Source of the DNA: Protoeuglena noctilucae
Taxonomy: Eukaryota
DNA length: 64,000 nt
Assembly: GCA_958009085.1 (NCBI GenBank)
Contig: OY253671.1
Span: forward strand, 310,001-374,000
Direction of reading: 5' to 3'
Shown here: positions 47,859-58,615 of the stretch, in pieces
Numbering within the stretch: position 1 is the stretch's first letter
Layout: each line of letters starts with the position of its first letter
The notes under the pieces: model-generated
The model's database searches: none
The model's input: the letters and a program-made list of their open reading frames with translations, nothing else
What the model was told of the DNA's origin: nothing
Made by a program: the position numbers and the translations under genes

Positions 47859-50429
47859 CTAGTCCCTCAAAGTCAAACTCAGGTGCTCCTCATACCCCAG
47901 CTGCCGGCGCAGGTCGGCGGACCTGAGGCAGTCGGCGAAGTAGGAGTCGACTTCCGCGGGCCCGTCCCGGCGCTTCACGACCACCGACTCGCGCGCGAAG
48001 CACCGCTGCACCTCCGGCGGCAGCAGGGCCAGGGTTTGTGCCGTGATGCGGACATGGCCTGGGCGACTGGTCTGCTCCATCTGCCCCGCGAGGTACATCG
48101 TCTTCCCTAGCAGGGTGAGCACGTTGCGCATGCGCCCGATGACGCCCGCGGCCGAGGGGCCCGTGTGGATGCCCACGCGCACGGCCAGGTGCCGGCCGTT
48201 GGAGCGCGGCACAGGCACGGTCGTGGCGGCGCTCGCCACGCCCACGGCGATCCTGAGCGCCGTGAGGGCGTGCGCGGGGTCGCGCGTCGTCATGTTGGTG
48301 CACACGATGTACCCGTCACCGACCGTCGCGTACTTCGTCGCACGCTCCCTCGCCACGAGTCGGTCCAGGGTGCTGAAGAAGGTGTGCAGCATGCCCAGGA
48401 CCTCGCCAGCGTCCAACGAGTCGCTCAGGGCCGTGAAGCCGGCCACGTCAGCGCAGACGACGCTGATGGACTCGTACCACTTGAAGTAAATGAGGCGGTC
48501 GTCATGCACCGCCAGGGCGCCCAGCACCTCCTCCACGGCGTTCGCGGGGCTCGCCCTGGCCACAGCAGGCCCCGTCGCGTGGCGCGCCCCGCCGTTGCCA
48601 TGCTGCACGGCGTCCTGCCACGTGGCCATCCGCCGGGCCAGTCGGTCCTGGATCAGTGCATCGGCCACCTCCCGCGGCACCAGGTCGGCGATGACCTCCT
48701 CCCGCGTCGCGAGGCGGATGGAGGACGACAGCTGGGCGTTGGCGAACATGAGCAGGCCCCCCAGGAGCACCGTGAGGGGCCCCAGCGCGATCTGCGACCC
48801 GCCGATGAGGCACAGCGCGCCCACGGCGTAGGCGACGAATGACGTGGCGAACGCCGTGCCGCTCACGAGGTCCCCGTTCACGAAGAAGTCGAAGAGTCGG
48901 ACGTGGTAGTCCCAGAGGACGCGCTCGAGCCACGTGGCGTTTGCGTCGGTCACCTCTGCCGCCGCCACCCTGTGGGCCTCGATGGCGTCGTAGCTCGGCG
49001 GGTGCCAGAGGAAGGCCCAGAAGGGAGACAAGAGCCAGGTGTTTACGACGTTGAAGGCCAGGGCCGCTGTCAGGGACGCGATGGATGCGCCTCCCGCCCA
49101 CGCCCCGAGCGCTGTCGACGTGTCCGTCAGGACGCTGACCGCCAGGAACGTCAGCACCACGATCCAGGCTGGCTGGGAGAGAGGACACGGGGGTTGGCGG
49201 TCGGGGCAGCACACGCGCATCACTGGGGCGCGGGAGGTGCGGTGCAAAGGGGCCAGCGTGGGGGGCAGGTGGCGCACGCGTGTCGGCCCGGACATCACAA
49301 GAAGTCTTTCCTCACTCCAAGCGCCGACTCTCTCACCCGTGCCATACCGGGCGTGAGGAAGAAGAGCGCCAGGTGTGTGACGTAGGACTGGCCCAGGTAC
49401 ACCACGTCACGGGCCCGCATCTGCTTGGCCGCCATCCACACGGGCGCCGAGACGAGGTGCAGACCAGCGCTCAGGATGAAGAGCACGCTGCGGGGAAAGA
49501 GAGGACGCGGCGCTCAGATTGCCCGTCACGCAATCCTTGTGATGTCGTGCTCTCTGCCAGGGCTCTCAAGCCTCGCACCAAGCAACGCTTCTCGCTTCTG
49601 GGCAGCTGCGAGCCTCACCAGAAGACAGCCTGACGATGCGTCATCATGAACGGCTGCATGAGGGTGTTGAGGTAGGCCACCGCACACGTGAGCGTCAGGG
49701 CAGTGAAGACGGCCAAGCACCACTTGGACGCCAAGCACCCTCCCAAGACCTGCGAAATGTGAAGATGTGCGTGTGATGCTTTCACCGCGGCAGAACGCCG
49801 TCGCGGATGCTCGCAGATCCGTCGCGCCTCACCTGGCCGAGCGGCGCCAGGTCTGTGCGGCAGGTGCGCTGGGTAAGATACTCGCTCGACCATCCCACGA
49901 ACAGGACCCCGACCACCAGCGACAAACAGTGCTTAAGGGGCGCGTCCCACACGATGCGGAAGGTCTTCAGCCCTGCGAGGAAACCCAGGTACGGAGTTGG
50001 ATGGAAGCCTGGAGCCGGTCCTTGGGGGATGGGTGGCTTGCCGCGCGCATCCTAATCGCATGGCGCGCCCGCAGCGCTCTCGCCTTCCAACTTGGCCGCG
50101 AGGCCACGCTCCCGGGGCCGCTCGTCCCATGCACTGAGGCGGAGCCCCGCGGCGCTGTAGTCCGCCCGTGTGCAAGGCAGCGCCCGTGAGTCGTGTTTAC
50201 CTAGCGACACGAGGCTGGGGACCGACCCTCGGCGACGAATGGCGGCCTGCTTCAGCGAGGGGGCTTCAGAGGAGCACCGCGTGCCGTGGTTCACGGCCCG
50301 GCGCCGAGGAGTCGACTCGGCGCCCCAAGCATTGCAGTGATCTCGTTTGACCGCCCAGGAGCGCGACTCAGCAGCTGCCGACTCGGCGTCCGCCGGATAG
50401 CGGTCGCGCTGGGTCGCGCAGTCCACCAT
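47859..50429 (-). CDS. Multi-pass membrane protein with a C-terminal class III adenylate/guanylate cyclase domain (degenerate active site)
   Basis: Several hydrophobic helices in 5' exons, linker LVPREVADAL, then ISVVCADVAGFTALS, TVGDGYIV, VRVGIHTGPSAAGVIG, LLGKTMYLAGQMEQTSRPGHVRIT. The start at 50429 is inferred from splice phase. Confidence 0.85.
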
Positions 50430-51081
50430 TGGCGATTCGACGGCGTCAGCTGGCTATAACGCAAGACATTTGGCCCCAGCAAGGGCTTAGAGGGTGGGGA
50501 AACCGAGCGGAAACGGAGCGCTCTTGCGGTGCAGCGACGGGCCAGCTAGAGTGCCGAGCGCTTAGCGATCTCAGCGCGACATCAGTTGCAATTTCACGCA
50601 TTGCCAGTCGACTCCCTTCGATTCCTGGACGGACTCGCGTGTCGCTGACACACTTGCGCCTCCGCGCAAGAAGCGCGGTGCGGCCCGATCGCGCGAGGTC
50701 TCGCTTGTCGCATCAAAAAAATCGCCATCAGTGCCGCGAGCCATCAGGTGAGGCAGAGGGTGGGATCCTGGGGCAGCGGGAGCTACCGCTGCCATCTCTG
50801 CCCTGCGCGGAGGCCCCCGCCTCGCACAAACGGACTTTGTGCGGCTGTCGTTGGCCCATCGCGCCGGGGGCCGCATCGCCAGCCGCGATGCATCGCTAGG
50901 AGGCTGCGTTACCTGCCAGGCACCGCGCTTGCCCGACCCGCGACGCCGCGGTGGGGCGTGAGCGGCGCGCGCATTCGGGATCGGGCCAAGCATGTCCTCA
51001 GCGACAGTTTCGAGCCCACAATCTATAGCAACGCTGCGCGGGACCTCGCGTGCAGGTTGGAGGTGGAGCCGTTCGCCCACG

Positions 51082-54000
51082 ATGACCATCATGGAGAGTC
51101 ACCCGCTTCTGGGCTTCCATATAAGGACCTCTACGCACAAGGCACGCCAGGGGCCGCGCACTCGGGGCTCTTCCTGGCCGCAGGGCCCGCTGCAAGCCCG
51201 TTGCCGCGGTCGATGCGATCCCCGCGTCCCCTGCCCGCGCAGTCGGTAACGGCGGGGGAGGATGTGGCCGGGACTCACCACCCTTTCTCAATCGCGCTCG
51301 GGATGCGCAAGGCCGCCATCAGCCTCTTCGGCGTCTTTGATGGGCACGGGGGCAAGGCGGCCGCGGCCTTCGCCAGCAAAAACACGCCCGAGTGCATCCG
51401 CCGGCACGTGGTCAAGCTCTGCAGCGGCCAGGGCGACTCGCAGGCGCCGCCCGTCGGCCTGCAGGACGTGCCGGCCGACGACCTTGTCGCCGTCCCCGAA
51501 TCCGACGTGGCGGAGATGCGCATGCAGGACCGCATCATGGCCAAGCTGCCCCTGGCCATGCATGATGCTTTCGACCAGGTCGACCGCGACTTCAAGCGAC
51601 AGGCGAGGACGCGAATCACACGAGTGTCGACTATTTTGTGCCGGCGGTGACCCATTTGGCGAGCGACGCCAGCGACGTCAGCGACGCGCTCACCACTCCG
51701 GAGCAGAGCTCGTGGGGCGAACCCACGCTATCACCCTTCACCTCACCCTCACCCTTCACCTCACCCTCACCCATCACCTCACCCTCACCATCGCCCGCCC
51801 CACCCAGGAGCCCCCTGAGTCGATATCCGGCTGCACCGCGACCGTGGCGGCCGTGTGCGGCTTCGAGCTCATCGTCGCAAACGTGGGCGACTCGTGCGCA
51901 TTCCTCGACACGGGGGCGCAAGTGGTGATGGTGTCAGCTACGCACCGGTGAGGGGCACTCGCGCTCACAGCCCAGCGTTGCAGCTGTCCTGGCCGCTGCT
52001 GGTGCCCCACGCTGGGTTTCTTGTGCACCGTCGCTGTGTCACGTTGCTGCGTGCGCTCGATTCCCTTGCCGCCCGTCTGTCTCGCAGTCTTGACGACAAC
52101 CAGGCGGAGCAAGACCGGTGCGTGGCAGCGGGGTCCCAGATCGGCCGGTCCGACGCCTCGGATGCGCCCGACGCGCCCCTCCGCGTGTGGCCGGGTGGCC
52201 TCATGTTCGGCCGCTCCATCGGCGATCCTCAGGCCGGCGACGCAGTCATCGCCCACCCAGACGTCCGCCAGGCAAGGCGTCCCGGTGCCTACCCTAACCT
52301 GCACTACTCTTACCGCACATGCCTTGCCTCTCAGCAGTCGCCACTCCCGAGCAATGCTCCAGCTGCAGCCTCTCCCACCCCTCTCGGCCGCCTCTCGTCT
52401 CACTCTCCCCTGCCCATCCGTGCCCACCGCAGGTGACCCTGCCCCCCCACGGAGCGCGGCTGGTGATTGCGTCGGATGGCCTCTGGGACGCGGTGTCTCA
52501 CAAGAACGCCCTGCACAACGTCCGGGGAGTCCCTACGGAGAAGGCGGCCGCACGCCTGGTGCAAGCAGCGCTGAAGGCCAAGGGCCCGAGGGACGACATC
52601 ACCGTCACCGGTGGGTGGTAGTGGTGCAGCTAGGACTTACTCTATTTGCTAGTGTCAAACTCCTCCCATTCGCTGACTCGGCCACATGTGCATGTGTTGG
52701 TCTGGGCCAACTGCACTTGCTCCTGTCGGACTCCCGTTCGCTGATTTGGTCACTGGTAACGTCGGCCATGCCATCCGCTAACAATGTCGGTCTCTTTGCC
52801 CTCCCCGCAGTGGTGGACTTTGTGCCGCAGCTGGACGCCAAATACCCCGCGTGCCTCGACAAGGCGGGCCCCAAGAACCCGGACGTGTTTGTGTGGCAGC
52901 CGATGGACGCAGCTGCGGAGGGCGAGGGCGGCTTCCCCCACAGGCACTGCGGCCAGCGCCGGCGCGACGCCCTGCAAGCGGCATTGCACGCCCAGCAGGC
53001 GGAGGCGGCACAGGCGAAGGTGCGTCCCGGGCCGTCTCGTCAAATCAAGTGCCTCTTCTTGAAACTTGCGGCGATCTTATCTTGCTGCCATCCCATCAGT
53101 TAGCGACCGTGCACCCGCTGCATCGGACGCGTGCGTCTACGTTCATTTGCAGGAGGACGCGACGGCGGGGTCAGGAGCGGCGGGCGCTGGCGCGGAGACT
53201 TCCAGCAGTCACAAACCCACGGCTGAGGGCGGCGAGGCCGTGAGGATGAGCGAGACGATGCAGGAGATGCTTGCGAAGCGCATGGTCATCCTGACCGACT
53301 CGGGTGAGCGCCGAGGGCGGGCAACAGGGCGACAGATGTGTGCATGCTGAGGAATAGTAGTAATATCAGGTACTGATAGTATCTGTGAGAACGTCTAGTG
53401 GCCTGAGAGGGTGCGTCGTCTACGCGCATGTGCGACGCGTCTGCTGCATTCGTTGCCCCCAGAGGGTGAGGGCCAGGGCGGGTGGGAGACGACGAAGAAG
53501 CGAAAAGACCGGCGGGGGCGCAAGCCCCGGGCGCAGGGCCCCCCGTCTGGCGCGGCGGGAGGGCAGGGGTTGCCGTCGGATGCGGCAGAGGCGGGCACGG
53601 GTGCCGGGCGGACCATCCCCACGATTCCGAAATCGCCTGAGGACTTGACAGTGGTGCCGGGGGTGCGCATTGCGGGGGAGCGGCGGGGCCCGGGGAGGGG
53701 CCGGGGCGGCAGGAGGGCCGAGGGCGGCGCAGACGACGACAACGGCGAAGGACGGCCCGTCAGGACCCGGACCCGCGGCAGGACCCGGGGCGCTGGGAAC
53801 GAGGGTGGTGATGACGCGCGAGTGGAAGGGCAGGGGCCACCGGCGTACACGCAAGTGCGGGTGCAGAGGGTGGCGAGGGCGGACCCAGAGGGCGAGTGGA
53901 ACGGCGATCAGGGTGCGGAAGGGGCCGGGGAGGCGCTGGGGGGCCGGGGGCGGGGACGTGGGCGAGGGCGGGGGCGTGGGCGCGGGCGGGGCTTCTACGG

Positions 54001-54565
54001 GCGAGACGAGGCGGCGGCGGTGGCGGTGGCGCAGTCGGCAGAGGCGGCGGCGGTCGATGCTGACGGCGTGGACGGCGGGCCGGACATGCGGGGCAGAGGC
54101 CGGGGCAGTGGGCGGGGTCGGGGGCGGGGGCGGGCACCCGGGGCGATGGTGGCCGAGGCTGTGCGTTACACGAACGGCGGCGTGGATCACGCGACAGAGG
54201 CGAACGGCGGCGAGCACGGGGCTGGGTTTGACCCCGCCAACGGCCGCGGTCGGGGCCGGCGGGGCCGTGGGGCCGCCGTGGGCTCGGGGGAGGAGCCGCG
54301 GGAGCGCGGTCCGCGCGTGGCGTACGTCCGGGTCACACGTGAGGGCGAGGGGCAAGCGGGCGACGAGGGCGTGTACGCGGGCCGGCCGGCCTCTCGTGAC
54401 GTGGGGCAGCAGGGATCGCAAGCTCAGGGGCCTGTTGACGGAGAGGGCCGCGGGCGTGGTCGCGGGCGGGGCCGTGGGCGGGGGCGGGGGCGGGGTCGCG
54501 GGGATGCGGCGGCAATGGGGAGGGAGGACCTGGCTGGCGCGGGGCCGTCTGTGGTGGCCGTTTAA
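51082..54565 (+). CDS. Protein phosphatase 2C (PPM) with a long RG/RGG-rich disordered C-terminal tail
   Basis: GED, FGVFDGHGG, SGCTATVA, VANVGDS, HR|LDDNQAEQDR, PLRVWPGGLMFGRSIGD, LVIASDGLWD, RDDITV. The last exon 53463-54565 carries (RG)n runs. The start could be 50992. Confidence 0.9.
51731..51789 (+). repeat. 3 x 18-bp TCACC-rich tandem repeat in a PP2C intron near the 3' splice site
   Basis: TCACCC(T/A)TCACCTCACCC three times; acceptor AG ends at 51807. Confidence 0.85.
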
Positions 54566-54714
54566 GAAACTAGAGCAGTCGCGCGCGCGCATGGCGGAAC
54601 TCACCGTGCGCTGAGCGTGCATTTAAACAGTGCCTGCCGCTGTGTTGCGGCCCACTGGCCCAATGTGTCGCGGTCCGGTCCACGGCACCCCTGTGCGCCT
54701 TGCGACGTTTTGGG

Positions 54715-54719
54715 TTACA
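54715..54719 (-). promoter_or_regulatory. TGTAA candidate polyadenylation signal (Sec62)
   Basis: TTACA on the + strand, about 137 nt past the predicted Sec62 stop. This supports the extended last exon. Confidence 0.5.
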
Positions 54720-54855
54720 ACCACGCAGCTCGTCCATGCACATTCCATCTCTTTGCGACAGAAGCCAGCTCTTGAACTCACTACGCTGCCGGCAGTACAG
54801 CAAAGCTAAGGCATCTGCCCGGTGCTTTTTCAATGCCAACTCCACGCTTTCCCCC

Positions 54856-57800
54856 TCATGCCGCGGCAGACACGCCGCCCTTCTCAGCAGCGGGCTGCGT
54901 CGAGCTCCCCTGGCCTGCCGATGCGGATGCCGCGCCCGCCTGCGCCCCGGCCCCCTCGGATGGCTTTGCCTGGCCTCCCTGGGCATCCGCCGCGCCCGCT
55001 GCAGTGCTAGTGGCAGCGTCGCCAGCACTGCGCGCCGCAATAGTGGCGGCGTCGCCAGCGCCGGCAGTACCGCTGCTGGAGGTGTTGCCAGCGCCAGGTG
55101 CGGCATCGCCAGAGGCCTTGCCGGCACTGGGCGCAGCGCCAGTGGCGGTGTTCCCAGCCTTGGGCGCAGCGCTAGTCGCAGTGCTGCCAGTGCCGGCCGC
55201 AGCGCTGTTAACCGTGTTGCTCGCGTCGGGTGCAGGAGTGCCAGCAGTCTTGCCAGCCGCAGCACCGCCCGCTGGTGCCGCGTCCTTGGTCCCCGCACCC
55301 TGCACCCCCGCCCCAGCTGCATTGGGAGAAGCAGCACTCCCCTCGCGTGCAGTGCTCTTAAAAGCACCAGCAGTGCTCTTGGAAGCACCGCCAGTCGCCG
55401 TCGCGCTGTCCCTGACAGGGGCACCCGCAGTCCCCGCCTTGGCCGCAGTCCCTGCCTGAGCGTCAGTGCCGGTCCCTGCAGGCTTGGCCACAGCCTTGGG
55501 CGCGCCACTGCCACCATCCGCCGCGCCCCCGCCTGGCGCCTGGACACCGCCGCTGGCCCCTGCTCCCACGCCGCCCGTCGCCTTGGGTGCGGCCGGAGCA
55601 GGAGCCGCGCCACCTGCACCCGCCGCGCCCGTCGCCTTGTCCCCCGTGCCCACCGCATCGCCACCCGCGCCCGTGTCCCCAGCGCCGCCTGTGGCCCCCG
55701 CCCCGGCTCCGTCCGTGTCTTGCACGAGCTTTAAGATGGTGTCCAGGTCCATGATCTTCTCCATCGCGGCACGCTCCTCGGCCATCAGCTGCAAGCAAAC
55801 ACCAGGGTCAAGGTCAAATCGTGCTGTGCCGGGTGACGGGCAGGGAGTGGGTGGAAACGACGAAAGGGTGGCACACGCAGCAAACCCTCTCTCGTCGCCC
55901 CGCACCCCCTCTCACCAGCTCCCTCAACACCCCTCTACGCACCACCCCTCCACCCCTCTTCTCTCAACCCCCACTCACACACCACCCCTCCACCCCTCGC
56001 CTGCCTCAGCTCCTCCTCGTCGACCTCCTCCCCCCGCTCGCGCATGTCCGCCATCTCCCGCAGCCGCGCCTCCCGCCTCTCCCGCCGCTGCTTCTCCTCC
56101 AGCTGCGCCTGCTTGACCTCCGCGAAGAGCGTCGCGTCGCTGAAGTCCGTAGAAGAGCCGCCCCCGAACACCCCGCCCGTCGCTCCCATCATGGGGTTGT
56201 ATGGCGCACGCACGTCCGCCACATGACCACCCAGGTAGCCCGAGATGTCTGCGTTGCCGCCGAAGCCCGCCGCGCGCGCCGTGTTGGCCTTGATCAGCGA
56301 GTCGATGCCGCCGCTCCCCACGTTCACGACGCGCCCCTTGGCCCACAGGGAGTACACCTTGACGAACCCCGCCAGCACCGCCCCGAACCCCACGACCCCC
56401 GCACGCGCCAGGAGCGTGCCCCGGGGCGTGCCCTCCTCAGAGATGGAGATGGGCTTGAACGCCTCCACCTGCACGCAACGCGCGGTGCGGACGGGAGTGT
56501 CACCGCGGCGGTTTGGATGGTGGGCGGATGGTCGATGCATGGGTGTCTTGCCAGGGTGGCAATCGGGGGCGGCGTGGGGGTGGGTAAGGGTGGGGTAAGG
56601 GTGCCGGGTGGCGCTGCAGCTCATCGCGCGTCAGCTGAGGCGCGCGGTAGCTTTGAAATCTCACCAGCGTGACGGCGCTGTCGTCGAGGATGTTGGGAAG
56701 GAGCCAGACGTGCCATCCGATGAGCATCCAGAAGACGAACCAGATGACGAAGCGGATGCCGATGGTGCCCAGGATGAGGCCGATGAGACCGTAGCAGATC
56801 CACAGAAGCCACTTCTTGGCCCAGACAGGCGACAGCGGGAACAGGCTGCGTGTCGAAAGCGGACGAGGTGGCGGTGCGTGGGTGGATGCAAGGGCCACTG
56901 TCGTTTGGTTCCAACAAACGGTCCGGGACGTCGCCGGCGGTGGACGGAGCCGCGACGACTGCGGCGGAGGGCTCACCAGGCGCCGATGACAGCCACTGGT
57001 ACGATGATGGACCAAATGCTGAAGGAGGCTGGGGGGGTGACCTGCCAGGCGTAGAACATGTTGGGGTCGTAGGTGGCGTCGAACTGCCGCACCATGACGC
57101 GCTTGGGCCACTTGGGGAGCTTGCTCTGGCCCTCTCGCAGCTTCTGCGGAGGGCGGCCAGGTGACCGGGGTGCTTGGAAGTGCCCAGACGCGCTGGTTGG
57201 CACCGTATGTCTGCACTGCGCCAGAGCCAGTCCGACGACGAGCGCACCTTGGATGCGCGGTCGCACTTGATGGCCAGCTTGACCTGGCACAGCACGTTGA
57301 CCAGGAAGGCCGCGGGAGGCTCCGGGAACTTGGCGCCTGCAGGGAACTTGAACACCTCCTGCCACTTGGTCATCTCCTCCGGATGCTCGTCAAAATACCT
57401 GACGAAGTCCTTGCCCCGGAAGACGCGCACGCGCTCATCTGCGAGGTGGCATGGGTGCTGGGCCCACCATCTGCTGCAGCTTGCCCGCCAGGCGGCGTTC
57501 GCAAACGGTCCTCAAACAAGCACATAGTCACGCTTGTGAAGCGAGGTTGTCAAGGGCCGGAAATCGGGCCGCGATCGCACCTCCGGCGATGGCTTCACGG
57601 AACTCGAGCTTCTTGGGGCCCTGCAGGTCCTTGCACAGCTGCTGCAGGCGGGCAGCGTCGATTTGCACCTGCTGACGGTTGCCCTGCGCGGCTGCCGCGT
57701 CCGCAGGAGCGGTGGGTGCGCTGCGGGGGGAGATTGCAAAGAACGCATCATTTCCCGATGCTATCGCGACCGGGCTGGGGCGCGAAACACACCGGATGCG

Positions 57801-58231
57801 CGGCACTCACTTGGGGGGTGCCGGATTCTGCGCGCCGGGCGGCGCGTTGCCGGGCGCCGTGGCTGCCCTGCGGTGGAAACGGTCCAGGGAACTAGTGGGG
57901 CCATGGGTGCAGAAGGCCGCGCCACGGGACCGCGTCCCCAGCCCGCACGGCCACGATCGATTGTGGCATAGTTAAGCGCGTACGATGGGCAGCCTGCCGG
58001 TTCTGGGAGCCAAGAATCTCTGAGCCAGGGCATTGCGTGTCCCTCGAGCTACCTTTGCCGCCAGATCAAGGCATGGCCACTATCTGCCCGATCTTCATGA
58101 GATGGAGATCACGCACAGCACCGGGGATCCGGGAAGGAGGGTCGCGGGGCCCCTCCATCGAGGCGCAGTGGCCGAGGCGCACTGCGACTGAGCCAGCATC
58201 GGGCCCGCGGACCACGTCCTCACCCTGTCAT
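54856..58231 (-). CDS. SEC62: ER translocation protein Sec62 (plant type) with an Ala/Gly/Thr-rich C-terminal extension
   Basis: LEFREAIAG|DERVRVFRGKDFVRYFDEHPE, KCDR...KLPKWP, FYAW, SLFPLSPVW, IRFVIWFVFWMLIGWHVWLLPNILDD, and a third hydrophobic segment LLARAGVVGFGAVLAGF. The start is inferred from the 8-nt exon ATGACAGG|gtgagg at 58231-58224. Confidence 0.88.
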
Positions 58232-58615
58232 GTCGCCTCACGTCAATGAGCTCAAGAAGAGCATGCGGCGGGCGGAGACCGGGCGCGGAATCGGGTTGGC
58301 AGGGGATTATCGAAGGTTCGGAAGATCCTAGGGTCGACCTCGTCCCGGAACGCTCACCACACGATCATGGCAGTGCACACAAGACGCCGAATCAGTAGAT
58401 CGGCGATGCTGGGAGTGTGCGGCACAACTGGCGCCAGGTACGCGTTTCAAGGGCCGGGCAACGTCCGCGGGGCCGCGGGAGCCACCGCCGCAGTTCCCAG
58501 TGCGATATCTCGTCGAGTACTTTCCTATCGTTTGCGTGCCTGCGCTTGGCGATCGACTGGCGCCGGTCCCATCGCCGTTGGCCCCTGCCGGGGCGAACTT
58601 CGGAGCGCAGCGATC

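Noticed and set aside
48700..50000. Cyclase TM region as a rhodopsin (light-gated cyclase)
   Set aside because: I see no retinal-binding DxxxK in the last helix and no RYxxW motif. A profile search is needed to exclude remote similarity.
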